The translations under genes and the position numbers were made by a program. This document shows positions 37,798 through 53,291 of a DNA stretch of 64,000 nt, piece after piece. The first letter of the stretch is position 1, and every line of letters begins with the position of its first letter. Under the pieces are notes generated by a model that saw nothing but the letters and a program-made list of their open reading frames with translations, had not been told where the DNA came from and ran no database searches. Source of the DNA: an uncultured Chthoniobacterales bacterium (GTDB taxonomy: Bacteria > Verrucomicrobiota > Verrucomicrobiia > Chthoniobacterales > JAATET01); contig CAXTSM010000001.1 of NCBI GenBank assembly GCA_964247025.1, positions 92,050-156,049 of the forward strand. The letters run 5' to 3'.

Positions 37798-38049
37798 GGC
37801 GGGCCAGCGCCCGAGCGGACAGGAGGCCGTGCGCCAGGCGATTTTTTTCGGCACCGAGCAGCCGCATTCGCCGCAGCGTTCGGTCGCGGCCAGGTAGCGG
37901 CCGCAGGCGTCCGAGCGGCAGATCGCGTGGCGGCGGGAGATTTCCGCCGCGGGCATGCCGGGATCCCCGCGATGGATGGCGGCCCGCTCGCGGGCGGCGG
38001 CGCGGAGGTATTCGCGCAGCATCACGAGAAATCCGGGCGGACGATTCAT
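37783..38049 (-). CDS. Hypothetical small Cys-rich (putative zinc-binding) protein
   Basis: 88 aa with 'CRSDACGRY...CGECGC...SC'. No family was recognised. Confidence 0.4.
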   Translation of the reverse strand: MNRPPGFLVMLREYLRAAARERAAIHRGDPGMPAAEISRRHAICRSDACGRYLAATERCGECGCSVPKKIAWRTASCPLGRWPALTPP

Positions 38050-38058
38050 CGGAAAAAA

Positions 38059-38132
38059 TCGGGGCGACAGGATTCGAACCTGCGACCTCCTGGTCCCAAA
38101 CCAGGCGCTCTACCAAGCTAAGCTACGCCCCG
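38059..38132 (-). tRNA. tRNA-Pro (anticodon UGG)
   Basis: The reverse complement folds as a cloverleaf: acceptor CGGGGCG/CGCCCCG, anticodon stem CCTGG/CCAGG with loop TT-TGG-GA, and T-arm GCAGG-TTCGAAT-CCTGT. No CCA is encoded. Confidence 0.9.
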
Positions 38133-38211
38133 AAAGGAAAAGGATGCCCGAGATCGCCGGCGGTGGCAAGCGATGGTCGGGTTTATCTTTCCACCGCGAT
38201 GGTGGTCCCGT

Positions 38212-38934
38212 TCAACCCGCCAGCCGGGCGACGTAGACCGTGCTGGCGGAGTCCTCGTCGAGAAGCGGATTCGCGAAAGGGACGACTTCCGCCCGCGCCT
38301 CCGCGAAGACCAGGCGAAGCGCCCGCAGGAAATCCCCGTCCGGCGGATCATCCGACCACAGCCCGAACGTGCCTCCCGGATGCAAGTGCGCGGCCAGCGC
38401 GCGCAAACCGCCCGGCTCGTAAAACGCGGCGTGGCGCGGATGCAGCAGGTTGCGCGGGGAATGGTCCACATCGAGCAGCACGGCATGAAACCGACGGCCG
38501 GGCGACGCGGGATCGAACCCCCGCCCGGGCTCCGCCGCCCAGGCGAAAAAATCCCCTTCCACGAGCCGGCAGCGGGGATCCGCGACGAGCGTCGAGCCGA
38601 GCGGCACGAGCCCGCGCTCGTGCCAGCCGATCACCGGCGCGAGCGCGTCGACGACCACCAGCGAACGCACCGCGGCATGCCGCAGCGCCGCGGCGGCGGT
38701 GTAGCCGAGCCCGAGTCCGCCCACGACCACGTCCAGCGGCGGCGCGAGATCCGCGAGGCTGAGGTTGGCCAGCGCGACTTCGACTTCATGAAACAGGCTG
38801 GACATCAGATAGGCGTCCCCGAGCTTCACCTCGAAGACCTCGAGATCGTCGAGAAGACGGACCCTTCGTCGTTGCAGAACGAGCTCGCCCATCGATGTCG
38901 ATTGGAAGTCCAGCTCTTCGAAATCGCGGCTCAT
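38212..38934 (-). CDS. Spermidine-synthase-like SAM-dependent methyltransferase family protein
   Basis: Start placed at MSRDFEELDFQ. 'VVVGGLGLGYTAAAAL' (SAM-binding) and 'FHAVLLDVDHSP'. Confidence 0.7.
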   Translation of the reverse strand: MSRDFEELDFQSTSMGELVLQRRRVRLLDDLEVFEVKLGDAYLMSSLFHEVEVALANLSLADLAPPLDVVVGGLGLGYTAAAALRHAAVRSLVVVDALAPVIGWHERGLVPLGSTLVADPRCRLVEGDFFAWAAEPGRGFDPASPGRRFHAVLLDVDHSPRNLLHPRHAAFYEPGGLRALAAHLHPGGTFGLWSDDPPDGDFLRALRLVFAEARAEVVPFANPLLDEDSASTVYVARLAG

Positions 38935-39070
38935 CCGGATGATGCTGAGGGATTCGGCGGGAAACGCCAGTTCGGCGACGACGGATGAATAAATGGACGG
39001 AACGGGGAAATATTTTTTGCGCGATAAGAAAATGGCCCTAGCCTTGCTCCTGATCGTTGAAATTGCTCCC

Positions 39071-39298
39071 ATGGACCGCCGAAAAAACCGCATGTCACGG
39101 ACCCCGAAGACACCGGTCTTCATTCTCTGCCTCCTGTTCGGCGTCTTCGGAATTCACCGATTCTACGTGCAAAAATTTCGTTCCGGCGCGTTGCAGCTTT
39201 TTACGCTGGGCGGCCTCGGGCTCTGGGTGATCCGTGATCTGATCCGGATCCTCAGCGGGGAATTCACCGACCACCGCGGTCTGCGCATCCAGCGCTGA
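39071..39298 (+). CDS. TM2 domain-containing membrane protein
   Basis: 'LLFGVFGIHRFYVQKFRSGALQLFTLGGLGLWVIRDLIRI' is a TM2 signature. The start is uncertain (39071 or 38993). Confidence 0.7.
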   Translation: MDRRKNRMSRTPKTPVFILCLLFGVFGIHRFYVQKFRSGALQLFTLGGLGLWVIRDLIRILSGEFTDHRGLRIQR

Positions 39299-39351
39299 GG
39301 CGACCCGTCTCTTTGTTGCCGGCCCGGCGAAGTTGCGCGTAGTCTCGCCCG

Positions 39352-40248
39352 ATGCCGAGACCGTTCACCGTGCGAGCGCCCGCCGCCTTGCTTGCCCAGT
39401 GCTTCGCCGAATGGCCCGAGGTGAAAAAAACCCAGGTCCGCACATGGCTGAAGTTTCAGGCCATCACCGTGAACGGCCGGGCCACCTCCCAGTTCGACCA
39501 GCCGCTCGTTCCCGGCGACGTGGTCGCCGTTCGCACCGAGCGGTTCGCGGCGCCGAAGACCGTGCTCGGCTCGGGCCTGAAAGTTTTTTTCGAGGACGCC
39601 CACCTCATCGTCGTCGACAAGCCGGCCGACCTGCTGAGCATCGCGAGCGAGTCCGAGCAGGAGCGCACCGCCTACCGCCAGCTCACCGATCACGTGCGCC
39701 GGGGGAAGCCCCACGGCCGCGAGCGCGTCTGGATCGTCCATCGCCTCGACCGCGAGACGTCCGGCCTGATGATTTTTGCCAAGACCGCGCAGGCGAAGGA
39801 GATCCTGCAAAGCGGCTGGGACGAGGCCGAAAAATGCTACGAGGCCGTCGTCGAAGGCCGTCCCGCCGAGCCGAAAGGCACGTTCGAGAGCCACCTCGAC
39901 GAGTCGAATCCCTTCCGGGTCATCAGCACGCAATCCGGCTCCGGCACGCGGCACGCCGTCACCCACTACCGCGTGCTCGGGAACACGGAATGGCGCTCGC
40001 TGGTCGAGCTCACCCTCGAGACCGGTCGCCGCCACCAGATTCGCGTGCAACTTTCCGACGCGGGCTGCCCGATCGTCGGCGATAAAAAATACGGCGCGAA
40101 GAGCGACCCGGCGAAACGGCTCGGGCTCCACGCCTGCGCGCTGCGTTTTCCGCATCCCATCACGCGGAAGGACCTCCGCTTCGAATCGCCGCTGCCGAAG
40201 GAACTCGCCCGGCTCGTGCCGGTGGTCCGCCGAGAGGCCCGGGAATAA
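39352..40248 (+). CDS. RluA-family pseudouridine synthase with an N-terminal S4-like domain
   Basis: 'VHRLDRETSGLMIFAKT' (catalytic Asp) and 'GRRHQIRVQL'. Confidence 0.85.
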   Translation: MPRPFTVRAPAALLAQCFAEWPEVKKTQVRTWLKFQAITVNGRATSQFDQPLVPGDVVAVRTERFAAPKTVLGSGLKVFFEDAHLIVVDKPADLLSIASESEQERTAYRQLTDHVRRGKPHGRERVWIVHRLDRETSGLMIFAKTAQAKEILQSGWDEAEKCYEAVVEGRPAEPKGTFESHLDESNPFRVISTQSGSGTRHAVTHYRVLGNTEWRSLVELTLETGRRHQIRVQLSDAGCPIVGDKKYGAKSDPAKRLGLHACALRFPHPITRKDLRFESPLPKELARLVPVVRREARE

Positions 40249-40710
40249 ACCGCCCGCCCGTCGAGGCCTGGCTCGCCGCGTCACCGGCGGATCCAGGATT
40301 CTGGAAACGATTCGGGCCGGTCGCGTTTCACGTGGACGATTGGGATAATCTGGGCTCGCCGGATCGGTTGCCTCCCCCGACTTCACGCGCCGCCCGCGGG
40401 ATGACGCCGCCACGGTCTCCCCCCGCCGGATTTCGTGGGCCATGGCCGGGAACGGCGCGCGCGCACGTTGCCGCGCGGCGGGGACGAGCCGGGCGTCCCC
40501 GCGCGTGGGAGCCGACGGGCGCGAGGCGCGACGTCGTGGTCTCCTTCGCTCCGGCCGACGCGCCCCGCCTCGCGGCGCGGATGCACGCCGTCGACGACCG
40601 GAAGCCGCCCCAACGCCGCCGGCGGGTGGCTGCCCAAAGATCCGCCCCACGGACCGAGTAGTAGAAATATCCTGTCGCCGGCACCGGTATTTCTGCTAAT
40701 CCGCTCCACC

Positions 40711-46941
<6,231 letters not shown>

Positions 46942-46962
46942 ACCCCCAACCAGAATACCAGC

Positions 46963-48360
46963 GTGGAAAAAGCCCTGCCCGGCATCGACAGCGTCGTCGC
47001 TTTCACCAACACCTCCGGCGTGAAGGGGCGGGGCACCCTCGTTCACATCTCCCGCTCGCTCGCGGTCTTCGAGGTTTATAACCCCTACTCGCTCATCCAG
47101 CTCAGCGAGGTGCTCCAGGAGCTCACCGTCATGCGCGGCGAGCGGGTGATCTACGCGGGCAAGGGCGTGGTGACGAGCATCGTGGCCACTGGATTGATGG
47201 TGATCATTTCCGTCACGCTCATCGATGCCTGGAACAATCTCGACCACCTCCAGCCCGGTCCGGCCCTCAGCGGCGAGCTTGAGCGGTTCATCCGTGACTG
47301 GGAGGAAGGGCAGGACCTTTCCGAAAGCTACCAGCTCGTCGTGAACCGCTTCGCGAGCTTTCTCGCGGAGGCGAGCCGCTGGATCACCGAGGCCGAGACC
47401 GCCATCGTCGGGCCGATCGACGACGATCCGAAAAAATCCGCCGACTTCCGCGCCGCGGTCCAGAATCCGGTCGCGGAGAAATTGCAGGAGCTCATGACGA
47501 TGTTCGAGGGCGAGGCCGCGCAGGTGCCGCCCGAGGAGGTGACGGTCTACAAGGCCTTCGCGCGCCGCGAGATCCACCCCTTCATGCTCTGCGCGCCGTT
47601 CGCCTACCGCTGCTACACGAAGCCGCTCGGTTACGCCGGCGATTACGAGATGGTGAACATGATGCTCAAGGAATCGCCGTCCGTCGGGACGAGCACCTAC
47701 GCCCGCATCTTCCAGGATCTCACCACCGACGTGGCCGCCGCCGCCGCCCACCGCAACCGCATCGACATCCTCGTGGCCTCCCTCGTCGAAGAAGCCGGGC
47801 GCGTGACCGAAGAGCAGCGCATCTTCACCGTCCTGAGCGTCGGCTGCGGGCCGGCCGTCGAGGTGCAGCGGTTCATCCGGCATCACGACCTCGCGAACCA
47901 GAGCGTGATCCACCTCATGGATTTCAACGACGAAACCATCGCCTACACGAAGCAGCGCACCGCGCTCTCGATGGAGGCCTCCGGTCGCCGGCCGACGCTC
48001 AAGTTCATCCAGAAATCCATCGACGAGCTGCTCAAGGACGTCCACCAGGACGCCGGCGCCTTCCCGCCGACCTACGACATGATCTACTGCGCCGGCCTGT
48101 TCGATTATTTTCCCGACAACGTCTGCCGCAACCTCGTCGCGCTCTACCACCGCTGGGTGCGGCCCGGCGGTCTGCTCCTGCTCACGAACGTTCATCCCAA
48201 AAACCCCGAGCGCTTCACGATGGAGCACCTGCTCGAATGGTATCTCATCTACCGCGACGAGCGGCAGATGGAGACGCTCGCCCCCCGGGGCGCCGAGCCG
48301 GAGGTCTTCGCCGACGAGACCGGCGTGAACGTCTTCATGAAGATTCGTAAAATGGGATGA
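46963..48360 (+). CDS. Two-domain protein: unknown N-terminal domain plus C-terminal class I SAM-dependent methyltransferase (PhcB-like architecture)
   Basis: 465 aa with SAM motifs 'VLSVGCGPAVE', 'IYCAGLFDYF' and 'VRPGGLLLLTNV'. The N-terminal ~90 aa is beta-rich ('GRGTLVHISRSLAVFEVYNP'). It lies 21 nt after the PKS stop, and its stop overlaps the next start. Confidence 0.8.
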   Translation: MEKALPGIDSVVAFTNTSGVKGRGTLVHISRSLAVFEVYNPYSLIQLSEVLQELTVMRGERVIYAGKGVVTSIVATGLMVIISVTLIDAWNNLDHLQPGPALSGELERFIRDWEEGQDLSESYQLVVNRFASFLAEASRWITEAETAIVGPIDDDPKKSADFRAAVQNPVAEKLQELMTMFEGEAAQVPPEEVTVYKAFARREIHPFMLCAPFAYRCYTKPLGYAGDYEMVNMMLKESPSVGTSTYARIFQDLTTDVAAAAAHRNRIDILVASLVEEAGRVTEEQRIFTVLSVGCGPAVEVQRFIRHHDLANQSVIHLMDFNDETIAYTKQRTALSMEASGRRPTLKFIQKSIDELLKDVHQDAGAFPPTYDMIYCAGLFDYFPDNVCRNLVALYHRWVRPGGLLLLTNVHPKNPERFTMEHLLEWYLIYRDERQMETLAPRGAEPEVFADETGVNVFMKIRKMG

Positions 48361-50963
48361 TCGCCGACCCCACCGCGGACGAGGCCGCCGCCTTCCGCGC
48401 CGCCTACCGGGAATACGACGACCGGCTGCGGGCCCGCCGCCTGGTGATCGCGAACGGCATCGCCATGGCCGGCATGATCAGCGGCGTCTCGCTCGATCAT
48501 TTCATCTATCCGCGGATGCTCGGCCCGTTCTTCGGCATCCGCGTCGGGGTCGACGCCATCCTGCTCGCCGTCATCGCGTCGATCGTTCTCTCGCGCCGGT
48601 CCCACCCCGGCTGGCTGCGCGTGAAAGGCGTCTTCTCCGGCCTGGTCGTGAGCTTCTCGTTTTGCCTGATGATGTTTCTCACCGACGGCGCGCGGTCCCC
48701 TTACATCGTCGCGCTGAATCTCATCATCATGGCGCTTTCCGTCATGCTGCCATGGACGGTGATCGAAACCGCGGTCATGTGCCTCGGCTCCCTGCTGCTC
48801 TACGTGGCGGCCTGCGCGGCGAACTCCCGGTTCTCCCGCCCCGAGGAGCACGCGCTCTTCGCCTACAACGCCTCGTTCGTCCTCATCACCGCCGCCGTCT
48901 GCATCGCCATCACCTACTTCCTCGCCCGCGCGCGCTTCGAGGACTTCCGCCTGCGCCATCAGCTCGACCGGCAGAACCGCAAGCTGCAGGATCTCGACCG
49001 GCTCAAGACCGAGTTTTTCTCGAACGTCAGCCACGAGCTGCGCACCCCGCTCACCCTCATCCTCGGCCCCGTGGAATCCCTCCTCGGCCGCGAGGACCCG
49101 CTCGACGCCCGGGCCCACGAGGGATTGATGCTCGTCCACCGCAACAGCCTCCGCCTGTTGAAACTCATCAACGACCTGCTCGACCTCACCCGCCTCGACG
49201 AGGGCGCCGACCTCCTGCGCAAGGAGACGTTCACCGTCGGCCCGCATCTCCGGGGCATCGTGGAATCCGTGCGGCACCTCGGCCTCTCGAAGAACCTCCG
49301 CTTCAAGGTCGAGGAAGGCGACCCCGCCCTCGCGGTGACCGCCGACCCGTCCCGCCTCGAAAAAGTGCTCGTGAACCTGCTCACGAACGCCATCAAATAC
49401 ACCCCGCCCGGCGGCACGATCACCGCCCGCTGGCTCGCCGCGGAAGACGCCACCGTGATCGAGATCGCGGACACCGGCGTCGGCATCCCCCCCGGGGACC
49501 TCGGCCGCATCTTCGACCGTTTTCACCAGGTGCGCGGAAACGCCGCGAACCAGGTGCAGGGCGTCGGCCTCGGCCTCGCGCTCGCGAAGGAGCTCGTCGA
49601 GCAGCACGACGGCCGGCTCGAGGTCGACAGCGCCGTCGGGCGCGGCTCCACGTTTCGCATCATGCTGCCGGAACCCGTCGGCGCGGCCGCGCGGGTGGAA
49701 GCGGTGGGGATCCCGGCCGACGAGCCGTTCGAGAGAGCCTTCCGTTCCGCCGACCGCACGCTGCGCAGCTACGTGGACGAACCCGACGACGCCCGGCCCA
49801 CGCTCGGCAAAGGCCGCGACGTCGTGCTCGTCGCGGACGACGAAAACGACATGCGCCAGTTCGTCGTCTCGCTCCTCGCGGAGGACCATCGCGTCGTCCA
49901 GACCCGCCACGGCGGCAACGTCCGCGAGCTCGTCGCCCGGCACGCGCCCGCGCTCGTGTTGCTCGACTGGATGATGCCCGGCCAGGACGGCCTCGCCGTG
50001 TGCCGCGAGCTCCGCGCCGACCCCGCCCACCGCGACCTGAAGATCATGCTGCTCACCGCGCGCATCGACGAGAGATCCAAGCTCGAGGCGCTCCGCTCCG
50101 GCGCCGACGACTTCCTCACGAAGCCGTTCAGCAGCGTCGAGGTGAAGACCCGCGTCGCGAACCTGCTGCGCGCCGCCCGGCTCCAGCGCGACCTGCGCGC
50201 GCGCAACGACGAGCTCACCGCCGCGATCGGGAAATTGCAGCGCACCGAGCTCATGCTCGTCCAAAGCGAAAAGATGAACGCCATCGGCTCCCTCTCCGCC
50301 GGCCTCCTGCACGAGATCAACAACCCGCTGAACTACACCCTCACCGCCATCAGCCTCGCCCGCCGGAGCCGCGACGCGCTCAGCGACGACATGAAGGAAC
50401 TCGTCGACGACATCCAGGAGGGCATGATCCGCATCCGCGACGTGATCACGCACCTGAAGAATTTTGCCTATCCCGAGAAAGCGGACCAAAAATCCACGTT
50501 CACGCTCGGCGACGCCTTTCGAGACGCGCAAAAAATCGTCGCCAAGGAGCTGCTCGATCTCCGCGTCGACGTCGACCTTCCCGACGATCTGACCGTGCGC
50601 GGCCAGCGGACCCAGCTCACGCACGTCTTCATGAACCTGCTCGGAAACGCCGCCCGGGCGCTTGCCGGCAAGCCGCGCGGCGAGACCGGCATCGTGTCCG
50701 TGCGGGGCTCGGCCGGCGGGGAAATGGCCACCCTCGAAGTGAGCGACAACGGGCCCGGCATGCCGCCGGAAGTCCTCCCCCGCGTGTTCGAACCGTTCTT
50801 CACGACGGCCGACGTCGGTTCCGGCATGGGCATGGGACTGAGCATCTGCCACACGATCCTGGAGTCCCACGGCGGCACCATCCGCGCGGGCAACCGCCCG
50901 GAAGGCGGCGCCGTTTTTACGATCCACATCCCACTGGCCGTTCCGGCCCCCAAACCATGCTGA
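48357..50963 (+). CDS. Membrane hybrid sensor with two complete kinase cores: TM sensor - HisKA/HATPase - REC - HisKA/HATPase
   Basis: About 6 TM helices in the N-terminal 190 aa. H-box 1 is 'SHELRTPL' with 'DTGVGIP' and 'GVGLGLA'. The receiver is 'LLDWMMPGQDG...LLTAR...LTKPF'. H-box 2 is 'LLHEINNPLN' with 'SDNGPGMP' and 'GMGMGLS'. Confidence 0.88.
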   Translation: MIADPTADEAAAFRAAYREYDDRLRARRLVIANGIAMAGMISGVSLDHFIYPRMLGPFFGIRVGVDAILLAVIASIVLSRRSHPGWLRVKGVFSGLVVSFSFCLMMFLTDGARSPYIVALNLIIMALSVMLPWTVIETAVMCLGSLLLYVAACAANSRFSRPEEHALFAYNASFVLITAAVCIAITYFLARARFEDFRLRHQLDRQNRKLQDLDRLKTEFFSNVSHELRTPLTLILGPVESLLGREDPLDARAHEGLMLVHRNSLRLLKLINDLLDLTRLDEGADLLRKETFTVGPHLRGIVESVRHLGLSKNLRFKVEEGDPALAVTADPSRLEKVLVNLLTNAIKYTPPGGTITARWLAAEDATVIEIADTGVGIPPGDLGRIFDRFHQVRGNAANQVQGVGLGLALAKELVEQHDGRLEVDSAVGRGSTFRIMLPEPVGAAARVEAVGIPADEPFERAFRSADRTLRSYVDEPDDARPTLGKGRDVVLVADDENDMRQFVVSLLAEDHRVVQTRHGGNVRELVARHAPALVLLDWMMPGQDGLAVCRELRADPAHRDLKIMLLTARIDERSKLEALRSGADDFLTKPFSSVEVKTRVANLLRAARLQRDLRARNDELTAAIGKLQRTELMLVQSEKMNAIGSLSAGLLHEINNPLNYTLTAISLARRSRDALSDDMKELVDDIQEGMIRIRDVITHLKNFAYPEKADQKSTFTLGDAFRDAQKIVAKELLDLRVDVDLPDDLTVRGQRTQLTHVFMNLLGNAARALAGKPRGETGIVSVRGSAGGEMATLEVSDNGPGMPPEVLPRVFEPFFTTADVGSGMGMGLSICHTILESHGGTIRAGNRPEGGAVFTIHIPLAVPAPKPC

Positions 50964-52063
50964 AGCACGAAACCAAATCCCCCCGCGGCATCCTTTACGT
51001 CGACGACGAAGACAAATCCCTCAAATATTTCCAGAAGGCCTACGCGACGAAGTTCGAGGTCTTCACGGCGATGTCACCCGCCGAAGGCATGGAGATTCTC
51101 CGTCGCGAAGCGGGGAAGATCGTGGTCGTCGTGTCCGATCAACGCATGCCCGAGACCTCCGGCGCGCAATTTCTCGGCGCCGTGCGCGAGGAATTTCCCC
51201 GGATCATTCGCATCTTGACCACGGCCTACGCGGATCTCTCCTCCACCATCTCCGCGGTGAACGTCGCTTACATCTACCAATACGTCGTCAAGCCATGGGA
51301 CGTCGACGTCCTCGAACTCGTGCTCGAGCGCGCCCTGGATTATTCCCGCATCCTTTCCGAGCGCAACGAGCTTCTCGCGGTCAAGCTGTCCACGCTCCAG
51401 CGCATCCTCTGCAGCGACCGCGTGAAGTGGCTCCTGCTCCATGCGCGCGTGCTCCCGGGGCCCGACCGGGCCACGTTCTCGCGATCCCTCGTCTCGCTCA
51501 TCAAAGCCCTGCCCGAGAATTTGAATCCCGTGACCGCGACGGAGGATCCGGCGCATCGGCGCTTCGAAATCGGCGGATTGATCCGGGACGAATTCGACAA
51601 CGCCACCCGCATCCTCGACCTTTTGGCCGCGCCGTCCGGGGCTTCCCCCGTCGTTCTTCCCGCGGCGCTCGTCGCCGGTCTCGGAACGGACCCAGGGACG
51701 ACCCCGGCGCTGCAACGTCTTCTCGGCGCGATGCTGGCCGGGCCCGGAGTGACCGCGGAATCGCTCTCCGTGGAGATGGAGACACCGGCCGATTTCCGGG
51801 TGAGCGTGAGAGCGACCAGCGGGCGCCAGGCATTGGCCGTCGAGTCCCGGCTTTTCGGCCTGTTGACCGAACGGGAATCCCCCGAGCTCGGCGTCATCCT
51901 GCTGCACACGCTCCAGGCTTTCGCCTCCGCGGGCGCCACGCTCCGCCTCGCGGTCGGCCCCGACGAATTCACGTTTGCGCCCGGCGCCGAGTCCGATTCC
52001 GCCGTCGAGGCCATCGACGCGCTCTACGAGAAATTTTCCGCCGCCGACATATCGCGTTTGTAA
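50957..52063 (+). CDS. Response-regulator receiver protein with a ~240-aa C-terminal domain of unknown type (PhcQ-like layout)
   Basis: Start at MLKHETKSPRGILYVDDED. Receiver motifs 'VVVSDQRMPETSG', 'LTTAY' and 'VVKPW'. No motif was recognised in the C-terminus. Its start overlaps the kinase stop by 7 nt. Confidence 0.8.
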   Translation: MLKHETKSPRGILYVDDEDKSLKYFQKAYATKFEVFTAMSPAEGMEILRREAGKIVVVVSDQRMPETSGAQFLGAVREEFPRIIRILTTAYADLSSTISAVNVAYIYQYVVKPWDVDVLELVLERALDYSRILSERNELLAVKLSTLQRILCSDRVKWLLLHARVLPGPDRATFSRSLVSLIKALPENLNPVTATEDPAHRRFEIGGLIRDEFDNATRILDLLAAPSGASPVVLPAALVAGLGTDPGTTPALQRLLGAMLAGPGVTAESLSVEMETPADFRVSVRATSGRQALAVESRLFGLLTERESPELGVILLHTLQAFASAGATLRLAVGPDEFTFAPGAESDSAVEAIDALYEKFSAADISRL

Positions 52064-52105
52064 AAACGGACCGGCCCGCGTAATTAGGTGATTCTACCTA
52101 AAACC

Positions 52106-53290
52106 ATGACGCGAAACGGAGTGTTGCTGGTCGACGACGAGGCGAAAGCCCTGAAATATTTCAGCCGCGCCTTCTCGCACCGGTTCACCGTGTTTTCCGC
52201 CTTGTCGGCCCGCGAGGCCCTCGCGGTGCTCGCCGCCCATCATCGGGAAATCGGCGTCATCGTCACCGATCAGCGCATGCCCGAGGCCAACGGCGTCGAG
52301 CTTCTGCAAACCGTGCGGCGGGATTATCCCCGCACGGTGCGCATCCTCACCACGGCGTATTCCGAACTCGACCTGCTCATCCAGGCGATCAACAGCGGGG
52401 CGATCTATTCCTTCGTCTCGAAGCCCTGGCAGCTCGACGATCTCGAGCGCACCCTGGCCGGCGCGCTCGAGCACCACGAGACGGAGACGCGCAATCACCA
52501 GCTGCTCGAGCAAAATCTCGACCGGTTTCAGGACAAGATCCGCGAGGGGCGGACCTACGACATCGCCCTGATCGCCGCGAAGATCGGCCATTACGTCCAC
52601 AATGCGCTCTGCCCCGTCACGCTGCTGATCGACCAGCTCATCGAGGAACAGGACCGCCGCGGCGACCTCTCCGGGGAGTTTCTCCAGAACGTGCGTGCCC
52701 ACGTGCACGAGATCGCCCGCACGCTCAAGGATCTGGCCCAGGTCAGCGTGCCGCCGGATCCCGCCGAGTTCGAACGGATCGACCTGCCGGCCGTTCTCGC
52801 CGGAGCCATGGCGCGCACGGAGATTCTTCGCGCGGAAAAAGACATCCGGTTCGAATGCGACATTCAGGCCGGTCTTCCGCCCGTGGCCGGCGTGCCCGCG
52901 CAGATCGAGAAACTTTTCCGGTTCATGATCGCCGAGGAGGTCGTCTCCCTCTCCCCGGGCAGCCTGGTGCAGGTCCGGATGCGCGCCGCTTCCGGAACGG
53001 ACGGGCCGCCCGGGCTCCGGGTCGAGTTCGAGGATTTCGAACCGATCCGGCCGAATACCTTCCGCGACCGTCTGCTCCATCCGTTCGAGCTTCGCGGAGA
53101 GAATCCCCGGGAGTTCGGCCTCTTCCTGGCGTCGAGCTACTTCATCGCCAACCATCACGGGGGCTCGCTGGCCGTGCGGATCAAGCCCAACGAGAGCCTG
53201 TTGTTCACGTTCCATTTGCCCGCGCACCCCGGCCCGGGCGTTGACAAGACCGCTCGACGCGGCTTTATCAGGGGCGATATTTCCCGCTAA
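52106..53290 (+). CDS. Receiver domain fused to a degenerate histidine-kinase-like domain (PhcR-like layout)
   Basis: 'VLLVDDEAKALKYF', 'VIVTDQRMPEANG', 'LTTAY' and 'VSKPW', then 'IGHYVHNALCPV' (H-box-like) and an ATPase-like tail lacking clear N/G boxes. An alternative GTG start lies at 52088. Confidence 0.78.
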   Translation: MTRNGVLLVDDEAKALKYFSRAFSHRFTVFSALSAREALAVLAAHHREIGVIVTDQRMPEANGVELLQTVRRDYPRTVRILTTAYSELDLLIQAINSGAIYSFVSKPWQLDDLERTLAGALEHHETETRNHQLLEQNLDRFQDKIREGRTYDIALIAAKIGHYVHNALCPVTLLIDQLIEEQDRRGDLSGEFLQNVRAHVHEIARTLKDLAQVSVPPDPAEFERIDLPAVLAGAMARTEILRAEKDIRFECDIQAGLPPVAGVPAQIEKLFRFMIAEEVVSLSPGSLVQVRMRAASGTDGPPGLRVEFEDFEPIRPNTFRDRLLHPFELRGENPREFGLFLASSYFIANHHGGSLAVRIKPNESLLFTFHLPAHPGPGVDKTARRGFIRGDISR

Positions 53291-53291
53291 G

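Noticed and set aside
40250-40710. N-terminal extension of the PKS ORF to 40435 and small ORFs in the 460-bp upstream gap.
   Set aside because: The translation upstream of 'VSKDSGSS' is Arg/Pro/Gly junk. I could not identify a promoter, riboswitch or small gene there with confidence, so it is left unannotated.
48249-52083. ORFs 48249..50927 (-), 48662..52063 5' part (+), 51295..52083 (+) and 51074..51907 (-).
   Set aside because: They are shadows of the kinase and receiver genes. Only the C-terminal 368 aa of 48662..52063 (from MLKHETK) is a real gene.
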